A stretch of DNA of 53,171 nt from Chthoniobacteraceae bacterium (lineage in GTDB: Bacteria; Verrucomicrobiota; Verrucomicrobiia; Chthoniobacterales; Chthoniobacteraceae), in the NCBI GenBank assembly GCA_040081625.1, contig JBEBGD010000030.1, positions 1-53,171 of the forward strand. Reading direction: 5' to 3'. Positions within the stretch are counted from its first letter, which is position 1. Each line of letters opens with the position of its first letter. Made by a program: the position numbers and the translations under genes. Positions 27,007 to 35,429 of the stretch are shown one piece after another. The notes under the pieces are model-generated. The model made no database searches and had not been told where the DNA came from. It saw only the letters and a list, made by a program, of their open reading frames with translations.

Positions 27007-27697
27007 GTCAGGCATCAGCACTTCACCACTCGCAAAAGCTTATCTCGCGCCGTTTCTCGTTTTCGTCGCTTTGCTCGCGGCCGGCGAACTCATCGGGCAC
27101 TTTGGCGAAGGTTCGTCGGACTGGTGGCTGGATGAGCCCAAATACTGGGTCTATCCGCTGCAAACTGTCGCGTGCGCTGCACTGCTCATTAGGTTCTGGA
27201 GGAGATTTGAGTTCAACTGGGGACGGGGCTGGTGGCTCGGGGCGATCGTTGGTGTCGCTGCGTTCGTCGTCTGGGTCGCGCCGCAGGAATGGCTCGGCGC
27301 GGCGCGGCGCGTCGGGGGATTCGATCTGTGGTTCACGTTTGGTGAGCACGGTCCGCAAGAATGGAACCTTCCTCTACGCGTGCTCCGTCTCGTCATCGTC
27401 GTCCCGCTGATCGAGGAGATCTTCTGGCGCGGATTTCTGCTGCGGCACCTGGTCGGCGATCCGTTCGATCAAGTCCCGCCCGGCACGCGCTCTTGGCGCG
27501 CCTTCGCGACGGTGGCCGCGCTCTTTGCCGTGGCCCACTTTGGTCCAGACTTCTGGCCGGCTCTCATCACGGGCGTGCTTTATAATAGCGTCGCGTATCT
27601 CACCCGCTCGATCGGCGCGTGCGTGATCGCCCATGGAGTGACCAACCTCCTTCTGGGCCTGTATATCTTCCGCACGCAGCAATGGGGATTCTGGTGA
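27005..27697 (+). CDS. CAAX prenyl protease-related (CPBP/Abi) intramembrane protease
   Basis: AY.APF, VVPLIEEIFWRGFLLR, LFA.AH, IAHGVTNLLLG, C-terminal WGFW. Resembles the exosortase-associated TIGR03008 type. Confidence 0.85.
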   Translation: MSGISTSPLAKAYLAPFLVFVALLAAGELIGHFGEGSSDWWLDEPKYWVYPLQTVACAALLIRFWRRFEFNWGRGWWLGAIVGVAAFVVWVAPQEWLGAARRVGGFDLWFTFGEHGPQEWNLPLRVLRLVIVVPLIEEIFWRGFLLRHLVGDPFDQVPPGTRSWRAFATVAALFAVAHFGPDFWPALITGVLYNSVAYLTRSIGACVIAHGVTNLLLGLYIFRTQQWGFW

Positions 27698-27727
27698 GCG
27701 GCAAGCGTCCTGCTATTTCGGGGCTCC

Positions 27728-27898
27728 ATGCTCCAGCAGACGTTTTTCCAAAAGTTCATGCTCATGGTGTTCGCCGGCTTCGTTGCCGCGGGAATGCTGT
27801 GGGTCTTCCGCAACATCGTCGCGCAATCATTCTGGGAGACTGGCGCGGGCTGGAAGGAATCGCTCTACGACAAGGGCTCCGAGAAAAAGAAGCGGTAG
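27728..27898 (+). CDS. Small membrane protein, 56 aa (not in ORF track)
   Basis: Manual translation: MLQQTFFQKFMLMVFAGFVAAGMLWVFRNIVAQSFWETGAGWKESLYDKGSEKKKR*. One TM, GC3-rich codons, fills the gap between same-strand genes. Confidence 0.6.
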   Translation: MLQQTFFQKFMLMVFAGFVAAGMLWVFRNIVAQSFWETGAGWKESLYDKGSEKKKR

Positions 27899-27936
27899 TC
27901 CGCGCGGGTGTGGCGTAAAGCGAGCGGCGCCCGCCC

Positions 27937-29571
27937 ATGAGAATCGGCCTCGCTCAAATCAACACCACCGTCGGCGACCTCGCCGGCAATCACCGCAAGA
28001 TCGTCGCCGCCTATCGCACGCTCGTCGAGCAGGGTGCCGGGCTGGTCATCACGCCGGAACTCGCCGTCACCGGCTACCCGCCGCAGGATCTCGTCTTCAA
28101 GTCCCGCTTCGTCCCGATGAACCTCGCCGCGCTCGACACGCTGCACGGTGAAGTCGGCGACGTGCCGCTGCTCGCCGGCTACGTCGATGTCAACACCGGC
28201 GCCGGCCAGCCCTTCCGCAACGCCGCCGCGCTCCTCCAGCGCGGACAGCCGGTCCGCAAGTTCTTCAAGTCGCTTCTGCCGACCTACGATGTCTTCGATG
28301 AAGACCGCTACTTCGAGCCGTCGCACGAAGCCGGCGTCGTCGAGATCGCCGGCGTGAAATGTGGCGTGACGATCTGCGAGGACATCTGGACTGAGAAATA
28401 TCTCCCGCGCCGGCTTTACGGTGCCTCGCCGGTCGATGCGCTCATCGCGCAAGGTGCGGGGCTCATCCTAAACCTGAGCGCGTCGCCCGTCGTGCTCGGC
28501 AAGCCGCAACGCCGCGCCGACATGCTTGGCGCGCTCGCTGCACAGCACCGCGTGCCCATCGTCTATTGCAACCTCGTCGGCGGAAACGACCAGCTCATCT
28601 TCGACGGCAACTCGCTCGCGCTCGGCGCGGACGGGTCGCTGCGCGCAAAACTCGCGGCCTTCCGCGAGGAAGTCGCGATCATCGACACCGCTCTCAGCGC
28701 GCCGATCACGACAGACACGACCTTCCAGGGCGAAGCCGCCGAGCTGCACGACGCCCTGTGTCTCGGCTTGCGCGACTACCTGCACAAATGCGGCTTCAAG
28801 TCCGCCGTGCTCGGCCTGAGCGGTGGTATCGACAGCGCCGTCGTCGCCTGCCTCGCCGCGGAGGCGCTCGGCCCGGACAACGTGCTCGGCGTCACCATGC
28901 CCACGCAGTATTCCAGCCGCGGCAGCATCGAGGACTCACGCCAGCTCGCCGCCGCGCTCGGCATCCGCTTCCTCGAAATCCCGATCCAATCCGCGTTCGA
29001 CGCCGTGCGCGCGCAGTTAGGCGAAGTCTTCGCGGGTGTGGCCGAGGACACGACCGAGGAAAATATCCAGCCCCGCCTGCGCGGCCTCACGCTCATGGCG
29101 CTCTCGAACAAGTTCGGCCACCTCGTGCTCAGCACCGGCAACAAGAGCGAACTGGCCGTCGGCTACTGCACGCTCTACGGCGATATGGCCGGCGGCCTCG
29201 CCGTCATCAGCGACGTGCCGAAGACGATGGTCTATCGCCTCGCGGACTACATCAATCGCGACCGCGAGAGCATCCCGCGCGCGACGATCGAGAAGCCGCC
29301 GAGCGCCGAGCTGAAGCCCGACCAGCGCGACCAGGACACGCTGCCGCCCTACGAAATTCTCGACCCGATCCTCCAGCTCTACGTCGAGGAGCAACTCAGC
29401 GTCGCCGAGATTCTCCTGCACGGCTTCGACGAGAAGACTGTGCGATGGGTGCAGCGGCGCGTGGACCTCAACGAATACAAACGCGCCCAAGCCGTCCCCG
29501 GCCTGAAAGTCACCAGCCGCGCGTTCGGCCTCGGCCGCAGGATGCCCGTCGCGCAGCGGTTTGTGGAATAG
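27937..29571 (+). CDS. nadE: Glutamine-dependent NAD+ synthetase
   Basis: Nitrilase domain (PELAVTGYPP.DL, LLPTYDVFDE.RYF, ICEDIW) plus synthetase domain (LGLSGGIDSA, ENIQ.RLRG, TGNKSE.AVGYCTLYGDM, PPSAEL). Confidence 0.96.
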   Translation: MRIGLAQINTTVGDLAGNHRKIVAAYRTLVEQGAGLVITPELAVTGYPPQDLVFKSRFVPMNLAALDTLHGEVGDVPLLAGYVDVNTGAGQPFRNAAALLQRGQPVRKFFKSLLPTYDVFDEDRYFEPSHEAGVVEIAGVKCGVTICEDIWTEKYLPRRLYGASPVDALIAQGAGLILNLSASPVVLGKPQRRADMLGALAAQHRVPIVYCNLVGGNDQLIFDGNSLALGADGSLRAKLAAFREEVAIIDTALSAPITTDTTFQGEAAELHDALCLGLRDYLHKCGFKSAVLGLSGGIDSAVVACLAAEALGPDNVLGVTMPTQYSSRGSIEDSRQLAAALGIRFLEIPIQSAFDAVRAQLGEVFAGVAEDTTEENIQPRLRGLTLMALSNKFGHLVLSTGNKSELAVGYCTLYGDMAGGLAVISDVPKTMVYRLADYINRDRESIPRATIEKPPSAELKPDQRDQDTLPPYEILDPILQLYVEEQLSVAEILLHGFDEKTVRWVQRRVDLNEYKRAQAVPGLKVTSRAFGLGRRMPVAQRFVE

Positions 29572-29705
29572 CGCCGAAGCCCCTAGCCGATTCGTGGTGA
29601 GATCGCCTGCTTCGAAAAGAAGGGCTTTCTTCCGAGGATGCGAGGAGCCAAAAGGCCGTCCAGAAGTCCCCGCCGGATGACGGGATTTTCATCTTCCCAA
29701 CCCTC

Positions 29706-30146
29706 ATGAGTCACAAGCGCCTGACCGCTGCGTTTGCGATTTTCAGCTTCACGCTCGCCTCCGGTGCAACGCGACAACATGGATGCCGGGAAAAATCCAC
29801 TTGTGCGATCGATACAAAGTTTCGGAAACAATGCGAGGACGTTGAGATGTGCGCGACCACACGATCAGTGATGTTCACACACCTGTTCAACTCGCGATAC
29901 TTGCCGCTGAAGCTGGCGGACAAGGTGATGAAAGGCTTGGATTACTTCATGCGGGTGAATGTGACTTATCGGAGATACCTAGAGAGCTTCGAGCGGCTCT
30001 TCAGCCTGCGGGGCATGAGGGGATTCAAGGCACGTTACTTCTCCGGCAATGCGATGAGATATCTCAAACGCAAGGTCGCCGACAGATACGGCGCGGAAGG
30101 TAAGTCGCCGCCGTTTTCTAAAAGCGAAGCGAGACGCCTGCTGTGA
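29706..30146 (+). pseudogene. Probable degenerate C-terminal fragment of an amidohydrolase_2-family gene
   Basis: AFAIFSFTL resembles (Y/F)ADxSFT, LADKVMKGLDYFM resembles DxxxFGSD(Y/F), and YFSGNAMRYL resembles xxxNAxRFL. No N-terminal HxH. Atypical codon usage. Confidence 0.35.
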
Positions 30147-31458
30147 AGAGGTCTTCGTCCTCGAAGTTTGGCTCGAACTGGCCGCGCCGGTAGGAGACGT
30201 ATGCCTTCAGGTTCCGCCAGTCTCGCGAGTCTGGGGACCCCAGCTTGTAAAGATTCAGATCGGCGCGCACTTCCTGTCCGATGTGGCTGTCTCCGAGTTC
30301 GGAAATTGGGTGGGTGCCAGTGACCGTATAACTAAGCTCGAACAAGCCGTCCCGCACGCCGAGCAGAGCCTTGAGGTGCCAGTTAAATTGTTCCTCCCTA
30401 AGCTTCTCAAGGCTGCTACGGGAGCGGACTTTGGTGAGGTTGTTGACCACGCCCCGCGCGTCGGATGCGCCTAGGAAGTTAAACCCGGGATCGAACGAGG
30501 TATACCAGCCCTGCCTGGGTTTGGAGTCGACGATGAGGGCGTCGCTATCTTTGGGCGCCTTGGCCGCTTCGGTCGAGACGACTTTTACCTCCCGCTTCTC
30601 GTCGCCAAAGAACATCCTCTTGTTCAGCCCGAAGCCTTGCTTGAAGATTCCTCGGTCCTGCAACAGGTGAAAGACTGGCGACCAACCGGCGATCCAGTGC
30701 CAGCCTTCTTCACCGGAGATTCGGTTTTGCTCAAAGACGGCACCGAGTTGGATGATCTGAGGCGATGTGATCTCCATGCCATCGAGGAATAGGAAGCGGG
30801 AGTTTTGATCCGGGTTGGCTTGGAAATTGAGAAGTCCGAACCATTTCTGCTGGTCGACCTCGGTCTTGCCCGGAAGGTCGTTGCGATTGATCTCGAAGCC
30901 CGTGCGCAGCCAGAATCGATAGGACCGGTCAACCCAACCGATCGGATCGAACCACGATCTATTGTAGAGGGGATCGAGATACAGATCGAGCATCAATGCG
31001 GCTTCCAGTCGACTGCCGGAATCGCTGGCCTCGCGGTCGTTCACATAGTCGAATGTCGCATCTTCGGAGCTCTCGTTGAGCATCTGAAATTGCCTGCGGG
31101 CCCGCAATAGTAGCGCGCTGCCCTTGTTGTTCTCAAAGCCAAGCGAGGTGCCGAGTCCCATCTTCGAGTAGTCGGTGTGAATCTTCCCCCCGGCGGAGTC
31201 GGCCAGCTTTCGCGACTTCGCCGCCAGCTTCTTCTCGGTTCCTGCCGGGGCGAGAGTCGCCTCATCGAGGACCATGTGGGATTCGTAGAGCGTGCCTGTC
31301 CGCCAGAGCGACAGCCCAAGCGTGTTTGAGTAGGGGGTGATTCCGAAGAACGTTCCGAATTCTTCCCGCGTCTCGAGCGGATGCTCGGCGTGAAGAACGG
31401 TGGTCAATGCTACGGTGAGCATTGCGGCGAAGGTTCGAAGAGCGAGGCACAGTTTCAT
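30118..31458 (-). CDS. Hypothetical secreted / outer-membrane beta-barrel protein
   Basis: 446-aa ORF, signal peptide ending VLHA, amphipathic strands, C-terminal FTAGVSLRF. Visibly lower GC than the flanks. Confidence 0.7.
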   Translation of the reverse strand: MKLCLALRTFAAMLTVALTTVLHAEHPLETREEFGTFFGITPYSNTLGLSLWRTGTLYESHMVLDEATLAPAGTEKKLAAKSRKLADSAGGKIHTDYSKMGLGTSLGFENNKGSALLLRARRQFQMLNESSEDATFDYVNDREASDSGSRLEAALMLDLYLDPLYNRSWFDPIGWVDRSYRFWLRTGFEINRNDLPGKTEVDQQKWFGLLNFQANPDQNSRFLFLDGMEITSPQIIQLGAVFEQNRISGEEGWHWIAGWSPVFHLLQDRGIFKQGFGLNKRMFFGDEKREVKVVSTEAAKAPKDSDALIVDSKPRQGWYTSFDPGFNFLGASDARGVVNNLTKVRSRSSLEKLREEQFNWHLKALLGVRDGLFELSYTVTGTHPISELGDSHIGQEVRADLNLYKLGSPDSRDWRNLKAYVSYRRGQFEPNFEDEDLFTAGVSLRF

Positions 31459-31619
31459 GGCTTTTTAGCGAGGGTTGGGTTTAGGCGATGGGCCTTGCCA
31501 GACTCGACGCGAGCACAGCGGGCCGTGCATCGTTGGTAGCCAATTCCGCCAAGCCGGGTCGAGCGAAATCTTCTCGGAGTGCTCGATGCCGAGCGCGGGG
31601 CAGGGCTGGAGCCTCGTGG

Positions 31620-34600
31620 CTACGCCCCGCGCAGCTTCACGATGAGATCGCCCGACTCGACCGAGTCGCCGACGGTCGCGAGCACCTCGGCGATCACGCC
31701 GTCGGCGGGCGCGAGGATGTTCGTCTGCATCTTCATCGCCTCGAGCGTCGCGAGCTTGTCGCCTTTCGCGACCTTGCCTCCGACCGTCGCGCTGAGCGCG
31801 GTGACCATGCCGGGAATCGGCGCGCCAACTTGCATCGCGTCGCCGGCATCGGCCTTCGCGCGAGTCTTCGCGGCTTTCGCGAGCGATTTGTCGGCGACGA
31901 CGGCCTCGCGCGGGTAGCCATTGAGTTCGTAGGTGATCACGCGCCGGCCGTCCTTGTCGGGCGCGCCGATGTTGATGAGCTTGATGAAGAGCACCTTGCC
32001 CGCGTCGATCTCGACGCTGACTTCCTCGCCGGGCTTGAGGCCGTAGAAAAACGCCGGCGTCGGCAGGCAGCTCACGTCGCTGAACTCGCGCTGGAACTTC
32101 GCGAAGTCGGCGAAGACCTGCGGATACATGAGGTGCGAGTAGAGATCGTCGTCGCTGGCCTCGTGCTTGAGTTTGCCTGCGAGTTCCGCGCGAACGTCGG
32201 GGAGTTTGACCGGCGTGATCTTTGCGCGCTTGGGTTGTTTCGACGAACCCGTCACGGCCTTGAGCAGCGCGGGCGGCCAGCCGCCCATCGGCTCGCCAAG
32301 ACCGCCGCTGAGCATGTCGATGACGCTCTCGGGATAGCCCACGCTGCCGTGCTCGAGGTTCACCACGTCGGCGGGTTTGATGCCGCGGGTGAAAAGGAAG
32401 AGCGCCATGTCGCCGACGACTTTGCTGCTCGGCGTGACCTTCACAATGTCGCCGAAGAGCTGGTTCACCTCCGCGTAGCAGCGCGCGATTTCCGGCCAGC
32501 GGTGGCCGAGGCCCATGCTCGCGGCCTGCTCTTTCAAGTTCGTGTATTGGCCGCCGGGCATCTCGTGGAGATACACTTCGGCGCTGCCGGATTTCGGCGC
32601 GGTGTCGAACGGCGCGTAGAATGGGCGCACCTGCTCCCAGTAGTCGCTGAACTCGTTGAGCGTATCGAGGTCGAGCCCGGTGTCGCGCGGCGTGCGCTGC
32701 AGCGCGGCGACGACGGAGTTGAGGTTCGGCTGCGAAGTGCTGCCGCTCATCGAGGCGATCGCGAGATCGACGACATCGACCCCCGCATCGCTCGCGCGCA
32801 GCACGGAGCCGGCGTTGATGCCGCTCGTGTCGTGGGTGTGGAAGTGAACGGGGATGCCGATCGCGTCCTTGAGCGCTTTCACGAGCGCGCTTGCGGCATA
32901 CGGACGGCAGAGGCCGGCCATGTCCTTGATCGCGAGGAAGTGCGCGCCCATCTTCTCCAGTTCCTTCGCGAGGCCGATGTAATACTTGAGCGAATACTTC
33001 GTGCGCTTCGGGTCTAGAATGTCGCCGGTGTAACAGAGCGCGCCTTCGCAGATGCCATGCGTGTCCTGCACCGCCTCCATCGCGGCCTTCATGTTCTTGA
33101 GGTCGTTCAGCGAGTCGAAGACGCGGAAAATGTCCATGCCGCTCTCGGCGGAGTGCTTCACGAAACCGGCGACGACATTCGCCGGATAGCTCGTGTAGCC
33201 GACGGCGTTCGCGCCGCGCAGGAGCATCTGGAAGCAGATGTTCGGCACCTTCTCGCGCAGCAGGCGCAGGCGTTCCCACGGGTCTTCGTTGAGGAAGCGC
33301 ATCGCGGTGTCGAACGTCGCGCCGCCCCACATTTCGAGGCTGAAAAGCTCCGGCGTGCGGCGCGCGACGGCGGACGCGATCGCCGCCATGTCGAAGGTCC
33401 GCACGCGCGTCGCCATGAGCGACTGGTGCGCGTCACGGAAAGTCGTGTCGGTGACGAGCAGGCGCTTCTGCTTGAGCGTCCACTCGGCGAATTTTTTGGG
33501 CCCGAGTTCGAGCAGGAGCTGGCGCGTGCCCTTCGGCGGCTTCGCTTTCGCATCGCACGGCGGCACCTTCGCGGCTTCCAGCGGCACCGCGGGCCGGTGG
33601 CCTTTCGCGTGCGGGTTGCCGTTCACGATCACGCCGCCGAGGAAGTTGAGCAGCTTGGTCGCGCGATCCTTTTTGTGACGGAACTGGAACAGCTCCGGCG
33701 ATGTGTCGATCATCGTCGTCGTCGCCTGCCCGCTGCGGAACGCCGGGTGATGCAGCACGTTTTCCAGGAACGGAATGTTCGTCTTCACGCCGCGGATGCG
33801 CATCTCGCGCAGCGCGCGATCCATGCGGTCGATGCAAGTCTCGAAGGTCGGCGCGCTCGCCGTGATCTTCACCAGCAGCGAGTCGTAAAACGGCGTGACC
33901 ACCGCGCCCGTGTCGCCCATGCCCGCATCGAGCCGGATGCCGAAGCCGCCCGCGCTGCGGTAGGTGATGATCTTGCCGTAGTTCGGCATGAACTTGTTCT
34001 CCGGGTCCTCGGTCGTGACGCGGCATTGGATGGCGAATCCGTTGCGCGGGATCTCGTCCTGCGGCGGCAGCGCGACCTCGGCGCCGTGCAGCTTCGCGCC
34101 TTGCGCGATGAGGATCTGCGAACGCACGAGATCCACGCCGGTGATCTGCTCGGTGACCGTGTGCTCGACCTGGATGCGCGGGTTCATCTCGATGAAGAAC
34201 CACTCGTGCTGATCGAGATCGTAGAGGAACTCGACCGTGCCCGCGTTGTCGTAGCCGATCTCCTTCGCGATGCGCGCGGCCGATTCACACAAGTCGTGCC
34301 GCACCTTCTCCGGCAGCCCGACCGACGTCGCGATCTCGACGACCTTTTGATGCCGGCGCTGCACCGAGCAGTCGCGCTCGTGCAGGTGGACGCTGTTGCC
34401 GTGCTTGTCGCCGAGCACCTGCACTTCGATGTGCTTGGCGCGCGGGATGTATTTCTCGAGGAAGACCGCGTCGTTGCCGAATGCGCGCCCCGCTTCGCCC
34501 TGCGCCTCGTCGAGCATCGCGTCGAGATCGCCGGCCTTGTGCACCACGCGCATCCCGCGCCCGCCGCCGCCGAACGCCGCCTTGATGATGAGCGGGAATC

Positions 34601-35075
34601 CGATCTCCGCCGCGACTTTGAGCGCCTCCTTGCGATCGGTCACCGGCTCCTCGGTGCCGGGCAGCGTAGGAATCTTCAGCTTCTGCGTGAGCGCGCGCGC
34701 CGCGACCTTGTCGCCCATGAGCTCGAGCAGCTCCGGCTTCGGCCCGACGAAGGTGATGCCCGCGTCGGCGCACGCCTTTGCAAACTGCGGATTCTCCGAG
34801 AGGAATCCGTAGCCGGGATGGATGAGATCGACGCCCTTGGATTTCGCGAGCGCGACGATCCCATCGATGTCGAGATACGCGCCGACCGGCCCCTTGCCTT
34901 CGCCGACGACGTAGGCCTCATCGGCCTTGAACCGGTGCATCGAAAAGCGGTCCTCCTGCGCGTAAATGGCGACGGTGCGCAGGCCGAGCTCGTTCGCCGC
35001 GCGCATGATGCGGATGGCGATTTCGGAGCGGTTGGCGACGAGGAGTTTTTTCGGAGCGGAAGATCGCGTGGGCAT
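31620..35075 (-). CDS. pyc: Pyruvate carboxylase
   Basis: Biotin carboxylase domain (LLVANRSEIA, HPGYGFLSEN, ERDCSVQRRHQK, EMNPRIQVEH), carboxyltransferase domain (DTTFRDAHQSL, WGGATFD, IKDMAG, HTHDT, HEMPGGQYTNL) and biotinyl domain EAMKM. Start placed at 35075. Confidence 0.97.
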   Translation of the reverse strand: MPTRSSAPKKLLVANRSEIAIRIMRAANELGLRTVAIYAQEDRFSMHRFKADEAYVVGEGKGPVGAYLDIDGIVALAKSKGVDLIHPGYGFLSENPQFAKACADAGITFVGPKPELLELMGDKVAARALTQKLKIPTLPGTEEPVTDRKEALKVAAEIGFPLIIKAAFGGGGRGMRVVHKAGDLDAMLDEAQGEAGRAFGNDAVFLEKYIPRAKHIEVQVLGDKHGNSVHLHERDCSVQRRHQKVVEIATSVGLPEKVRHDLCESAARIAKEIGYDNAGTVEFLYDLDQHEWFFIEMNPRIQVEHTVTEQITGVDLVRSQILIAQGAKLHGAEVALPPQDEIPRNGFAIQCRVTTEDPENKFMPNYGKIITYRSAGGFGIRLDAGMGDTGAVVTPFYDSLLVKITASAPTFETCIDRMDRALREMRIRGVKTNIPFLENVLHHPAFRSGQATTTMIDTSPELFQFRHKKDRATKLLNFLGGVIVNGNPHAKGHRPAVPLEAAKVPPCDAKAKPPKGTRQLLLELGPKKFAEWTLKQKRLLVTDTTFRDAHQSLMATRVRTFDMAAIASAVARRTPELFSLEMWGGATFDTAMRFLNEDPWERLRLLREKVPNICFQMLLRGANAVGYTSYPANVVAGFVKHSAESGMDIFRVFDSLNDLKNMKAAMEAVQDTHGICEGALCYTGDILDPKRTKYSLKYYIGLAKELEKMGAHFLAIKDMAGLCRPYAASALVKALKDAIGIPVHFHTHDTSGINAGSVLRASDAGVDVVDLAIASMSGSTSQPNLNSVVAALQRTPRDTGLDLDTLNEFSDYWEQVRPFYAPFDTAPKSGSAEVYLHEMPGGQYTNLKEQAASMGLGHRWPEIARCYAEVNQLFGDIVKVTPSSKVVGDMALFLFTRGIKPADVVNLEHGSVGYPESVIDMLSGGLGEPMGGWPPALLKAVTGSSKQPKRAKITPVKLPDVRAELAGKLKHEASDDDLYSHLMYPQVFADFAKFQREFSDVSCLPTPAFFYGLKPGEEVSVEIDAGKVLFIKLINIGAPDKDGRRVITYELNGYPREAVVADKSLAKAAKTRAKADAGDAMQVGAPIPGMVTALSATVGGKVAKGDKLATLEAMKMQTNILAPADGVIAEVLATVGDSVESGDLIVKLRGA

Positions 35076-35145
35076 GAATGCGGGGCGGACTGGTAGTGAA
35101 AGCGCGGGGGGTTTGCCAGAGCGGACTTCGGCCCGTCTCGCGGAT

Positions 35146-35173
35146 TTGACGCCACACGCGCGCTCCGTAGCAT
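35146..35173 (+). promoter_or_regulatory. Sigma70-like promoter for the riboswitch-kup transcript
   Basis: TTGACG-16 nt-TAGCAT about 20 nt upstream of the riboswitch. Confidence 0.55.
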
Positions 35174-35193
35174 CGGTGGCCAGTTCTTTGTTT

Positions 35194-35327
35194 ACTGCTG
35201 AATGCTCCGGCGAGTGCCGGGGCAGCGGGGGAACCGATTTTTTTCGCGTGAGCGAGATCGGGGCGAACGGTGCTGCGGCACCGGGGGCACTCGGTAGCCC
35301 CAGCCCGACAGCTAACCTCGCAAGCGC
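35194..35327 (+). ncRNA. c-di-AMP riboswitch (ydaO/yuaA class)
   Basis: Ordered consensus blocks GCTGAA...AGCGGGGGAACC...GGGGCGAA...GGG...CCC.AGCCCGACAGCTAACCTCGCAAGCG with paired hairpins (CCGGC-gagt-GCCGG; CGGTGC-tgcg-GCACCG). Located in the 5' leader of a K+ transporter. Confidence 0.9.
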
Positions 35328-35429
35328 ACACCGGGAGCAAGGATCGGCTGTGAGAATCAGCGCGTCCCCAATCTCCAAAGGACCGCCATCGCTCTCCGCC
35401 CGCACGCGGGGAGCCCGTTAACCAACTCA

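Noticed and set aside
29510..29923. Short minus-strand ORFs in the islet (29510-29707, 29583-29831, 29711-29923)
   Set aside because: No recognisable motifs or codon bias, and they overlap each other. They cannot be supported.
29572..31619. Islet as a prophage, IS or integrative element
   Set aside because: No integrase, transposase, tRNA target or terminal direct/inverted repeats were visible.
35076..35405. 110-aa N-terminal extension of pyruvate carboxylase
   Set aside because: It runs antisense through the kup promoter and riboswitch. Homology begins at KKLLVANR.
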